Source: Bifidobacteriaceae bacterium
GTDB lineage: Bacteria > Actinomycetota > Actinomycetes > Actinomycetales > WQXJ01
Reading direction: 5' to 3'
NCBI GenBank assembly: GCA_031267825.1
Contig: JAIRYJ010000007.1
Location: forward strand, 1 to 64,000
Length of the DNA: 64,000 nucleotides
The notes under the pieces are model-generated. The model worked only from the letters and a program-made list of their open reading frames with translations. It was not told where the DNA came from and did no database searches. A program made the position numbers and the translations under genes. Below, in pieces: positions 7,950 through 17,800 of the stretch. Each line of letters opens with the position of its first letter. Within the stretch, counting starts at the first letter, position 1.

Positions 7950-8887
7950 TTGCGCCCCATCGCTAGCTTGCGGCAGTGGAGAAATTCGCTTAAGCCGTCC
8001 GCTTCATCGAAGAATCGTCTCAGCACGGTGAAATACGGTCCCAGCATTTCGAAACAGGTCCGGGCCTGTTTCAGACTGCCCGCCCAGCTTAGGGTCAGGG
8101 CGAATATCGTGGCGGCCTCAACCCAGCCGAATTGTTGAGTGAAAGCCGGGTGGAGGACTGATTGAGCGGCGGCGGCTTCGATTTCACGCCGCCTGGTGCG
8201 GTCAGTGAAAAAGGCTTGCTTGTCGGCGTCGCGGTCTAAGGCCCATTTCTCCATGTGCGCGCTGACCACGATCGACGCGGTGACGGCACCGGCCGGGGCG
8301 CTGGCAGCGCATTCGTGGACAAAGGTGAAGGCGTCTTCCCAGGTGCCGTACCACTTGGGGTAGAGCGATTCAAGGAACTGGTACTGGGCTGGCCGGTTCA
8401 AAGGATCAATCTGGGCGGCCCTGGCGTAACGCCGACGTGTCTCCTCCAGTCCAACGCCTAGGCCGCGGGCGGTCACAAGGCGTTCCCGCCAGGCCAGCGG
8501 ACTATTAGGGTCTATGGCGCAAGCCCGGATGAGGCATTGTTCGGCTTCTCGGAGGTACTCGTAAAACGGCTGCCAGTGGTCCTTGGTGACAGTCGATGCC
8601 CGTCCCCGGCCTCGGATTTCCCAGCCGGTGTAGGTCAGGCAAACGCCGAGCACTGTCAAAACCCAGGGGTCGTCGGGTGCGTCCGCTGCCGCTGAGCGCC
8701 AGAAGTCTTCGCCGCCAACTTCGGCGGCGTCTTGCACAATGGCGTCACGCAGCCCCCAGCTATCGGCCGCCTGGCAAGTTAGGCGCAGCGCGGCCAGGTC
8801 ATGTGCCTGGACGGCGGCGCGCGCCTGGCTCAGTAGCGGATAGTGGTGGCATTGGTCGCCGTCAGGAGTGAATTGGCCGGCCATCAT
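7946..8887 (-). CDS. Hypothetical protein (313 aa), co-operonic with the M16-like protein (4-bp overlap)
   Basis: Long ORF with consistent high-GC third positions. Stop overlaps the downstream start. No recognisable catalytic motif. Confidence 0.55.
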   Translation of the reverse strand: MMAGQFTPDGDQCHHYPLLSQARAAVQAHDLAALRLTCQAADSWGLRDAIVQDAAEVGGEDFWRSAAADAPDDPWVLTVLGVCLTYTGWEIRGRGRASTVTKDHWQPFYEYLREAEQCLIRACAIDPNSPLAWRERLVTARGLGVGLEETRRRYARAAQIDPLNRPAQYQFLESLYPKWYGTWEDAFTFVHECAASAPAGAVTASIVVSAHMEKWALDRDADKQAFFTDRTRRREIEAAAAQSVLHPAFTQQFGWVEAATIFALTLSWAGSLKQARTCFEMLGPYFTVLRRFFDEADGLSEFLHCRKLAMGRK

Positions 8888-8943
8888 CGCGCCAGACTAT
8901 CGAATGTGAGCGCCGCACAACAGGTGGGTGGCGGTTCAGGCAA

Positions 8944-9288
8944 GTGTCCGATGCCGTCCCTCGGGTTGGGCGGACGCTGTTGCCTGTCCGGGCGCCGGTG
9001 CGCCAAGTCCTTGAAGCCGACTTGTCGCTCATCGCCTCAGCTGCGCCGCCGGTCTTGATTGATGAATGGCAAAACCTACCTGAGGTCTGGGATAAAGTGC
9101 GCCACCAAGTTGATGATGGCGCTGCGACGGGGCGTTATGTGCTGGACGGTGATGCCTACTATTCCCGGCTTGCCACGGCGCCGAAGCACTATCTGGCTGA
9201 CCGAGGGCCTGGCTTAGGGGGCAACGTTCTGGGATTGGCCCAAATGTTGAGACAGCGTGACTCAGCGACACCCAACGGCCTCGCCTAG
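8944..9288 (+). pseudogene. Possible remnant of an AAA_14/DUF4143-type ATPase gene
   Basis: PVLIDEWQNLPEVWDKVRHQVDDGAATGRYVLDG resembles the LIDEiQ..PeL...lK..vD.......r.iLTGS core of DUF4143 ATPases. No Walker A upstream and only 114 aa. Confidence 0.3.
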
Positions 9289-9603
9289 AAGCACCATGGG
9301 ATCTGGTGTGCGGCGGGCACATTGAGTGTCACGGGCAGCCACGAACAGGCCGCTAGGTCCGTAGCGAAAACGATGGACCTAGGCACAGCATCACGCTTGT
9401 CCGCCGGGCCGCGCTGGTCAGGCGATCGCGTGATGGCCCGGCCCGGCCGAAGTTGCTCTTCAGCGGCTTGCGGCCGGTGGCCAAAGTGGCTGGATGGTCT
9501 GCCAAACCGGCCAAGCCGGCTAGGCCGGTAATGTTGTCCGCCGCCAGAGAACTGAGTCACCTAGGCTCAACTTGGCTTGACGCCGCCCCCGTCTCAAGGC
9601 TAA

Positions 9604-9624
9604 CTTGAGTCAGGTCGACTCAAA
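9604..9624 (+). promoter_or_regulatory. HAIR (HspR-associated inverted repeat) operator upstream of dnaK
   Basis: CTTGAGT-caggtcg-ACTCAAa versus consensus CTTGAGT-N7-ACTCAAG. A -35-like CTTGAC lies at 9573-9578. Confidence 0.65.
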
Positions 9625-9664
9625 GAGCCGGACCGCAACACATCTGAGACAGAAAGAAGCAAAA

Positions 9665-11539
9665 ATGGGACGAGCAGTCGGAATTGACCTGGGTACCACC
9701 AACTCCGTAGTCGCCACCCTCGAAGGCGGCGAGCCAACTGTCATCGCCAACGCCGAAGGCCAGCGCACCACACCATCGGTCGTGGCGTTCACCAAAGGCG
9801 GCGAAATCTTGGTCGGCGAGGTCGCCAAACGCCAGGCCGTCACCAACGTGGACCGCACCATCAGCTCCGTCAAGCGCCACATGGGCACTGATTGGAGCGT
9901 GACGATTGATGGCAAGAAGTACACCGCTCAAGAAATCTCGGCTCGCATTCTAGGCAAACTAAAAGCCGATGCTGAAGCCTATTTGGGTGAACCAGTGACT
10001 GATGCTGTCATCACCGTTCCGGCGTATTTCAATGACGCGCAGCGCCAAGCCACCAAAGAAGCCGGGGAGATCGCTGGCCTGAAAGTCTTGCGCATCATCA
10101 ATGAGCCGACCGCCGCCGCCCTGGCCTACGGTCTTGACAAGTCCACTTCAGAAGAACTGATCCTGGTTTTCGACTTGGGTGGCGGCACCTTTGACGTCTC
10201 ACTGCTGGAAGTCACCAAAGAAGAAGACGGCTTCTCAACTGTTCAAGTCAAAGCCACCTCCGGTGACAACAAGCTCGGTGGTGATGACTGGGACGCCAGG
10301 ATCGTCGACTTCCTGGTGATGGAAGTCAAGAAGTCATCTGGTGTTGACCTGTCGAAAGACAAAGTCGCCCTGCAGCGGCTCAAGGAAGCGGCCGAACAAG
10401 CCAAGAAGGAACTGTCAACCGCTACCTCCACCACCATCTCATTGCAGTACCTGTCAATGAATGAGAACGGGCCAATCCACCTCGACACCAAGCTGACCCG
10501 GGCACAATTCGAAGACATGACCAAGGACCTACTGGAACGCACCCGCAGTCCGTTCGAATCAGTCATCAAAGACGCCGGCATTAGCGTCTCGCAGATCAAC
10601 CATGTGATCCTGGTTGGCGGATCAACCCGCATGCCAGCGGTCGCCACCATGGTTAAGACTCTGACTGGCGGCAAAGAACCAAACAAGGGTGTCAACCCAG
10701 ATGAGGTGGTCGCCATCGGCGCTGCCCTACAAGCCGGTGTGCTGAAAGGCGAACGCAAAGATGTTCTGCTGATCGACGTCACACCACTGTCACTCGGGAT
10801 CGAAACCAAGGGCGGGTTCATGACGAAGCTGATTGAGCGCAACACCGCCATCCCAACCAAACGGGCGGAGATTTTCTCGACCGCGGAAGACAACCAACCG
10901 TCAGTCCTAATCCAGGTCTATCAAGGTGAACGCGAGTTCGCGCGTGATAATAAGGCCCTCGGAACCTTTGAACTGACAGGTATCGCTCCCGCGCCACGTC
11001 ATGTGCCTCAAATTGAAGTCACCTTTGACATTGACGCCAACGGAATTGTTCACGTTTCAGCTAGAGACCGTGGCACCGGCAAAGAACAGTCAATGACCAT
11101 CTCAGGTGGTTCAGCACTGCCGAAAGAAGAGATTGACCGGATGATGCGTGACGCGGAAGCCCACGCGGCCGAAGACAAACAGCGCCGGGCGGATGGCGAA
11201 ACCCGCAACAGCGCCGAACAGTTGGTCTACCAGACCGAATCCGTTCTCCGAGACCTTGATGAAAAACTGCCGGATGACCTCAAGACTGAGGTCTCCCAGA
11301 AGATCAGCCAAGTCCGTAGTGCCCTTGAAGGCGAAGACACTGAAGCGGTCCGCAAAGCTCAAGAGGCGTTGGCTCAGGCCGCCCAAAAGATCGGCCAAGC
11401 GGTTTACGCCAGTCAGCCAACGGACGATCCCGCCGGATCGGCTTCCGAGGCGGGCCAGGCTCCCAGCGGGTCAGACGGGGCGGACAGCCAAGATGACGAC
11501 ATCGTTGACGCTGAGGTGGTTGACGAGGACCAGGTCTGA
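9665..11539 (+). CDS. dnaK: Molecular chaperone DnaK (Hsp70)
   Basis: [17 protein letters not shown]..., DLGGGTFD, full Hsp70 architecture. The ORF-track start at 9605 is over-extended. Confidence 0.95.
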   Translation: MGRAVGIDLGTTNSVVATLEGGEPTVIANAEGQRTTPSVVAFTKGGEILVGEVAKRQAVTNVDRTISSVKRHMGTDWSVTIDGKKYTAQEISARILGKLKADAEAYLGEPVTDAVITVPAYFNDAQRQATKEAGEIAGLKVLRIINEPTAAALAYGLDKSTSEELILVFDLGGGTFDVSLLEVTKEEDGFSTVQVKATSGDNKLGGDDWDARIVDFLVMEVKKSSGVDLSKDKVALQRLKEAAEQAKKELSTATSTTISLQYLSMNENGPIHLDTKLTRAQFEDMTKDLLERTRSPFESVIKDAGISVSQINHVILVGGSTRMPAVATMVKTLTGGKEPNKGVNPDEVVAIGAALQAGVLKGERKDVLLIDVTPLSLGIETKGGFMTKLIERNTAIPTKRAEIFSTAEDNQPSVLIQVYQGEREFARDNKALGTFELTGIAPAPRHVPQIEVTFDIDANGIVHVSARDRGTGKEQSMTISGGSALPKEEIDRMMRDAEAHAAEDKQRRADGETRNSAEQLVYQTESVLRDLDEKLPDDLKTEVSQKISQVRSALEGEDTEAVRKAQEALAQAAQKIGQAVYASQPTDDPAGSASEAGQAPSGSDGADSQDDDIVDAEVVDEDQV

Positions 11540-11541
11540 AG

Positions 11542-12417
11542 ATGGCAACAGTCAGGGAACCGGGCAGCGGCCGGAGGGCCGCTCCCCGGTCCACCAGCAC
11601 TCCGCGGCCACGCCGCCAACACCCATCAGGACCGCAACGGTCCGATTCGGCTCAAGATGACTTAGATCAGTCGGTAGCGGACCTAGATGAAGACCTGGCG
11701 GTAGAACAAGAACTGGGCCTAGACCCGGATGACTGGACCGGCGAGGGTGGTCTTGAAACGGACGCCGCAGGAGGCCCAGTTATCCGCGACAACCGCAAAA
11801 TTGATCCAGTTAGCGGTCGGCCCCGCCGGGGACGGCACACCAGTTCAGCTCCTAGCCAGACCAGCCGTGGTAACGCGGATGGGGCTGGGGGCCGGGGGAC
11901 GGCATCGGACAGACAAGAAAGCCCAACTCCCGGCACAGCTCAGGCCGCCGCCCGGGCACTAGAAGATGAGGTTGTGGCCGCCGCCGAGCTGATCGCCGCC
12001 CGTGAAGAACTCGCCATCCGGACCGATGACCTGCAACGGGTCGCTGCCGAATACGCCAACTACCGTAAACGGGTTGACCGGGACCGGGCCATGGCCGGTC
12101 AGCAGGCTCGAGCTGACCTGCTGACAGCGCTGGTTCCGGTACTTGATGACGTTGACGCCGCCCGCACCGCCGGTGAACTGGACGGACCGTTCAAAGCTGT
12201 GGCTGAGAAACTCGAATCAACTTTGGAACGCTTCGGCATGGAACGTTACGGCGCGCAGGGTGATGCTTTTGACCCAACCATCCATGAGGCTCTGTTCCAT
12301 CAGACTGACCCGGCTGTGGAAGAGCCGCGGATCGCGATAGTGATGCAACCGGGCTACCGCATGGACGAGAGAGTCTTGCGCGCGGCACGGGTCGGCGTGG
12401 TCAGCCAGGAGAGCTGA
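11542..12417 (+). CDS. grpE: Nucleotide exchange factor GrpE (with low-complexity N-terminal extension)
   Basis: C-terminal GrpE core (YANYRKRVDRDR...FDPTIHEALFHQ) immediately downstream of dnaK. Confidence 0.9.
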   Translation: MATVREPGSGRRAAPRSTSTPRPRRQHPSGPQRSDSAQDDLDQSVADLDEDLAVEQELGLDPDDWTGEGGLETDAAGGPVIRDNRKIDPVSGRPRRGRHTSSAPSQTSRGNADGAGGRGTASDRQESPTPGTAQAAARALEDEVVAAAELIAAREELAIRTDDLQRVAAEYANYRKRVDRDRAMAGQQARADLLTALVPVLDDVDAARTAGELDGPFKAVAEKLESTLERFGMERYGAQGDAFDPTIHEALFHQTDPAVEEPRIAIVMQPGYRMDERVLRAARVGVVSQES

Positions 12418-12418
12418 C

Positions 12419-13453
12419 ATGGCGGGCCAAGATTGGGTCGAAAAGGACTTCTACAAGACTCTAGAAGTCGATAAAAGCGCTGATGAAGCGACCATTAAGA
12501 AGGCCTACCGGAAGCTTGCCAGACAGTTCCATCCGGACGCTAACCCGGGTAACGCCTCAGCTGAGGAACGTTTCAAGGAGGTCAGTGAGGCCTATTCGGT
12601 ACTGTCTGATCCGGAACAGCGCCAACAATACGATTCGATCCGGGCGATGGCCTCAGGTGGGGCCCGGTTCGCCGCCGGGCCAGGCGGTAACGGCGGAGGC
12701 AGCGGCTTTGAGGACCTATTTTCAGCCATGTTCCCGGGCGGCTCTGGCCGGATCCGCTATTCGACTGGTGGCGGGCCAGGCGGTGTGCCGGGTGGTGGCA
12801 TGGGAATCAACTTGGAAGACCTGCTGGCGGGTTTTAGCGCTGGTGGCGGCCCGGGAGGCCCGGGCGGCGCATTTCCGAGGTTCGGTGGGGCTGGGCGCGG
12901 CCCACTGCCCGGCAGCGACATGAGAGCTAATTTGACGCTGCCTTTCCGGGTGGCGGCGGCCGGGTCAACCCAGGCATTGACAATTGATGGCCGCTCGTTG
13001 ACGGTCCGTATCCCCGCCGGGGTACGCAACGGCCAGAAGATCAAACTAGCTGGTCAAGGCAACCCGTCAGCTAATGGCGGGCCCCCTGGTGACCTGATTG
13101 TGACAGTTAATGTGCCGCCTCATCCAGTTTTCTCGCTTGATGGCAACAACCTGCGTTTGACAGTGCCGGTGACATTCGCTGAGGCGGCCTTAGGTTCACG
13201 GATCGAGGTGCCAACTTTGGATGGCACCAATGTGACGGTCAAGGTGCCTGGCGGGACGCCATCGGGCAGGACTTTACGGGTACGCGGCAAGGGTGTCAGG
13301 ACCGCGGCCGGACAGGGTGATCTGCTGGTCACGATGTCAGTGGCGGTGCCGCAACGGGTTAGCGGCAAGGTTAAACAAGCCCTCGAAGCCCTGCGTGAGG
13401 CGACCCGTGATGATGATCCGCGGGCCGAACTGCGCCAGCAAGCGGCGACTTGA
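12419..13453 (+). CDS. dnaJ: DnaJ-family co-chaperone lacking the Cys-rich zinc-finger domain (class B / CbpA-like)
   Basis: J domain with HPD (YRKLARQFHPDAN), a long Gly-rich linker and a C-terminal substrate-binding domain. No cysteine occurs anywhere in the protein. Confidence 0.85.
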   Translation: MAGQDWVEKDFYKTLEVDKSADEATIKKAYRKLARQFHPDANPGNASAEERFKEVSEAYSVLSDPEQRQQYDSIRAMASGGARFAAGPGGNGGGSGFEDLFSAMFPGGSGRIRYSTGGGPGGVPGGGMGINLEDLLAGFSAGGGPGGPGGAFPRFGGAGRGPLPGSDMRANLTLPFRVAAAGSTQALTIDGRSLTVRIPAGVRNGQKIKLAGQGNPSANGGPPGDLIVTVNVPPHPVFSLDGNNLRLTVPVTFAEAALGSRIEVPTLDGTNVTVKVPGGTPSGRTLRVRGKGVRTAAGQGDLLVTMSVAVPQRVSGKVKQALEALREATRDDDPRAELRQQAAT

Positions 13454-13492
13454 GGCTGGCCTGAACGGCCTGAACACTAAGGCAGGGAGGAT

Positions 13493-14029
13493 TTGGTGAG
13501 GCAAACACTGCGCGGCGCCAGTCGGCTGGGGCCCGCCAACGGGTCAAATACGGCTGGGCGTCAAGCCCCCGGTGATAACCAGGCCAGCGGCAACTGGGCC
13601 AGCCTGGCACCTAGTCTGAGCGATTTGCCGGTCTATGACGTGACAGCTGCCGCCCGGCTAGCGGGGATGCATCCTCAAACGTTGCGCCAATATGACCGGC
13701 TTGGCTTGGTAGTGCCGCAGCGCACGCCGGGACGGAGACGTTCATATTCGGTGCGTGATGTCGCCACACTGCGTGAGGTTCAACGCCTATCAGCCGAAGA
13801 AGGCATCAACCTGGCTGGTATTGCCCGGATTCTGAACCTGGAACGGCAAGTCCGCGAGTTGCGTCTGCAAGTTGAAACGCTCCGCGCGGCGGCCGGCCCA
13901 GCCCGGCGTTTCTTTGTGGTGACGTCGGCCGGTGATGCCGAGTCATTGCCGCGCGGCCGGCGGTCAGGCCGGACCCGCCAAGCCCAGGCGGGCGGCGCTC
14001 TGGTGGTCTGGCGGGCCTCGGCCTCCTAG
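13493..14029 (+). CDS. hspR: Heat-shock repressor HspR (MerR family)
   Basis: MerR-type HTH YDVTAAARLAGMHPQTLRQYDRLGLVVPQRT. Last gene of the dnaK operon. TTG start after GGGAGGA. Confidence 0.85.
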   Translation: MVRQTLRGASRLGPANGSNTAGRQAPGDNQASGNWASLAPSLSDLPVYDVTAAARLAGMHPQTLRQYDRLGLVVPQRTPGRRRSYSVRDVATLREVQRLSAEEGINLAGIARILNLERQVRELRLQVETLRAAAGPARRFFVVTSAGDAESLPRGRRSGRTRQAQAGGALVVWRASAS

Positions 14030-14117
14030 GAGTGTCACCCAAGAACCGCAGTTCTTGGGTGACACCCGTTCTGGCAGGATTCTTGTCAAATTGGGGATGT
14101 CATGCCATCATTCGAGA

Positions 14118-14348
14118 ATGCGTGCAACCATTGACAAGGCAGGACGCCTGGTTATTCCCAAGCCAATACGTGACCAATTGGGTTTAGTGCCGGGACCGGT
14201 CGAGGTCAGCGTGTCTGGTGCCTCACTCAGCGTCGACCTGCCGACGGGTGAACTGGTCGAACGCGACGGCTTTTGTTTCCTTCCGACAGGCGGGGTCGCG
14301 TTGACGTCCGGTCAGATCAGGGAGTTACGCCTTGGCGATCAACGATGA
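14118..14348 (+). CDS. vapB: Antitoxin, AbrB/MazE/SpoVT fold (VapB-like)
   Basis: MRATIDKAGRLVIPKPIRDQLGL (swapped-hairpin AbrB-type motif). Overlaps the downstream PIN gene. Confidence 0.6.
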   Translation: MRATIDKAGRLVIPKPIRDQLGLVPGPVEVSVSGASLSVDLPTGELVERDGFCFLPTGGVALTSGQIRELRLGDQR

Positions 14349-14754
14349 CCCATTGCTCTTGGATACCTCGGCCGCCATGCACTTGGTCGATCCAGACAGC
14401 CCAGTCCACCAGGCGGTTCTGTTGGCGACAGAAGGCCGAAAGCTGGGATTGGCCGGTCACGCGGCCTTTGAACTGTTGTCAATGCTGACGCGGCTGCCCG
14501 TACCCAAGCGCCTTTCGGGTGACGCGGCAGAACGGCTGATCAGTTGGAATTTCCCAGAATCGCGGTTTCTTGATGCTGCCATTTGCTCCCAACTGCTGGT
14601 TGATTTCGCTGGAGCTGGCATCGTTGGCGGCGCGGTCTATGACGGACTGGTAGGGGCAGCCGCCAAGCAGCACGGATTGACTCTAGTCACCTGTGATGTG
14701 CGAGCCCGCGCCACCTATGATGCCTTGACGGTCTGTTACCGGCTTATCGGTTGA
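14332..14754 (+). CDS. vapC: PIN-domain toxin (VapC-like ribonuclease)
   Basis: LLLDTSAAMHLVD near the N-terminus and acidic residues later (VYDGLVGAAA...TCDVRA). Size and overlap with the antitoxin are typical. Confidence 0.65.
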   Translation: MAINDDPLLLDTSAAMHLVDPDSPVHQAVLLATEGRKLGLAGHAAFELLSMLTRLPVPKRLSGDAAERLISWNFPESRFLDAAICSQLLVDFAGAGIVGGAVYDGLVGAAAKQHGLTLVTCDVRARATYDALTVCYRLIG

Positions 14755-14881
14755 AACTCATAACGTGTCCGCCTAAGGCAGACCAGCGCATGGCTGACCC
14801 ACGGAAACATGGCCAGCAAGTATGGAACCGTGCCTTGATCTGTGGCCTTGAGCATGGAAACAGTGGCGAGATAATGGGCGG

Positions 14882-17800
14882 ATGTCTCTGGTTGGCTACC
14901 GCTTGGTCGATGCTGTTAATCTTCGTCACCAAGTCGGCTACCTAACATTCCAGCGCGGCGTGCTTTACGCCGATCAAGGCAGAGTACTTGACCGCACGAT
15001 CAGCTACCAGCGTCTTGGCCTGCGCTTAAGCGGTTCGGTCCGAGGAAGCCGCCCAAGCCCTTATGAATGTATGGTTTGGCTCGAAGCCCGAGGCCAGCGG
15101 ACTGTGGTTGAAACCAACAGTTCGATGTGCGATTGCCCAGTCAGGGTGGCCTGCAAACACATGGTGGCACTGGTTTTACGGGCCAACAGGTTGGCCCTGC
15201 GGGACGGGCTGGTCGCCGAAGGCTGGAAAGGCGCCCTGTCTGATCTGATTGAGGCTGGACGGCGATCAGACTTACCGCGCCGCCCAGAGCCAGTTGGTTT
15301 GCAGTTCCGGCTGCGCCGTGATGATTCCCGGACCGATCCGGTTTACCACCCTGAAACGCGTCCCGTCCGCCGTGGCCTGCGTGGCGGCTGGATCATGCAC
15401 AAAGACCTGATGATCACGTTCTATCAGGGTCAAACTTGCCTGGCGCTGTCGAGTGCTCAGGAGCATTGGTTCCGTGACCTCATGCGAACCGTTAGTCAGC
15501 CGTCTTTGGCGGGTTGGACGGAGTTGCCGACTGTCCGGACTGACCATTTCTGGACCTTGCTGCGGTCAGCTCCGGATCTTGGAATCCAGCTAGTGGCGGA
15601 CGATTCTAAAGGGCGGATTGAACTGTCTGACCAGATTGAACTGGTGTTGAACGCTGTCCGCCAGGGGGAGGCCGTCAAACTGAGGACGGTGCCGCGGGTT
15701 GGCGGACCAGACGGGGAGGTTCTGCCCGGGTCACGCTTCGGGCGGATCGGTGATACCGGCTATTTGGTTCTTAGGGAAGCGCCTCAACCGAAAACTCTTT
15801 TTCTTGGTCCCAAGCCCATCACTTCGGCGGCCTTGGAACGCCGCTTGCTGTCTCTGGCTCCGCTGCGGATTCCAATAGCTGAGTTTGACACCACTTTGGA
15901 GCGCCAGTTGACGCTTCTGGGCCGCCTGGTGCCGGTTGTTTCATCGGATGGTTCAGTTGATTTACCAGCACCGTCGCTACCGGAATTGGTTTTGGCGGTA
16001 GAGCCCTGCCCGGCCGGGCGGTCTCAGCCGGTGGCCGCTAGTTTGTCGTGGCGGTGGCGTTATGGTGCCGAGTCCGCGGCGCACTTCTTCTTGCCCGATG
16101 CCGACCCACCAGAACCGCTTTCGCCGCCGGATAGGCGCCCCCAGGTTGGGCAAACCCAAGGTGAGGCGGAGGCTTGGGGTGAGTTGCGTGATTCGGTGGG
16201 TGAGCGCCAGATCATGGATCAGGTCTGGGCGATCCGGAGCCGTTGCGCTACTTTCGCCGACCCTTCGCTTCAGGCCACGGAACTCTTGGAAGGCTTGGCT
16301 GTCGCCCGTTTCGCCACCTCAGGTTTACCTGAACTCAGGTTGGTGCCAGGTGTTGTGGTTGAAGGTGAGCTTCCGCCAACACCAGAGTTACGGGACCCAC
16401 CGGTGGTCAGGTTGATGGTGGCGCCTTCGGGCGTTGGGGACTGGTTTGACTTGACTGGGATGGTGCTGGTTGGCGGCCAGGAGTTGGCTTTCCAGGATTT
16501 GTTTGCCGCTCTGGCGGCCGGCCAATCACAGCTAATGGCTCCGAACGGGGCTGTGGTGGATCTTGATCAGCCGCCTTTCAGGCGTTTGGCTGGACTGATC
16601 GCTGAGGCTCGGGGTTTGAGTGACGCCCGGCAGGGCCCTCGCCTAGCCCGCTATCAGGCTTCATTGTTGGGTGATCTGGAAGAACTGGCCGCCGAGTTCA
16701 AAGGAGCTGAGGAGTGGCGGGCGGCGATGGCACGGTTGCGGCGTTTGGCCGCCTCCGGCCAGATGCCTGGTGAGGAGCCGTTACCAGTTGGTTTGAAGGC
16801 TGAACTGCGCCCCTATCAACAGGCGGGCTACGACTGGTTGGTGTTCTTGTGGCGCCATCAGCTCGGCGGGGTTTTAGCCGATGACATGGGCTTAGGTAAG
16901 ACTGTTCAGGCCCTGGCGATGATGGCGCGAGCGACTGAACTGATGGGGCGACCGGCCGGTGGTAGCGGTGATAAAACCACTGACGAACCGAGCCTGGTGC
17001 GGCTAGCGAATGGGACGGCATCGTCCACTGGGCGGGCGCCGTTCTTGGTTGTTGCGCCCTCTTCGGTGGTGCCGGGCTGGCTGGAAGAGGCCGCCCGCTT
17101 CACACCTAATTTGCGTGTCGCCAGCGCCTCCTCAACCCGGGCGCGCGGCACGGGCACAATGGCGGAACTGGTGGCTGGAGCTGATGTGGTGGTGACAACC
17201 TACGCCGTGTTTCGGCTCGACTATGAACAGTTCGCCAGCCAGCGCTGGGCTGGCCTGGTGCTAGACGAGGCCCAGTTTGTCAAGAACCAGGACGCTAAAG
17301 CCAACCGCCTGGCGCGCTCGCTGGAGGTTCCGTTCAAGCTGGCGATGACCGGCACACCGATGGAGAACTCGCTTGACGAGCTGCGGGCCATCTTTGAGAT
17401 CGCCGCTCCCGGCTTATTGGGCTCGAGGCGGCAGTTCCAGGAACTGTACGGCAAGCCGGTGGCGGATGGTGGTGAGGCTGGTCAACAGGCCCTTGGTCGG
17501 CTCCGCCAGCGGGTCAAACCGTTGCTGGCGCGACGCACCAAGGAACTGGTCGCCAAAGAACTGCCGGAACGCCAGGAGCAAGTGTTTCACGTGAAACTAG
17601 AACCAGCCCAGAGTCGGCTGTATGAGACTTACCTGCAGCGCGAACGCCAGCGCATGCTGGGGTTATTGGAAGATCGTGAGGCGAATCAGTTCGCCATTTT
17701 CACGTCGCTGACCATTTTGCGCCGGGCGGCGCTTGACATTTCCTTGGTTGACCCTGAATCGCACGGTGTGCCGTCATCAAAACTCAATGTCTTGATGGAC

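Noticed and set aside
10243-10893. 216-aa minus-strand ORF inside dnaK
   Set aside because: Antisense to dnaK, a typical spurious ORF in GC-rich DNA.
13932-14117. 5' extension of the ORF-track entry 13932-14348 overlapping hspR
   Set aside because: It overlaps the 3' end of hspR in another frame. The AbrB-type antitoxin domain begins at the internal ATG 14118, so the extension is treated as non-coding.
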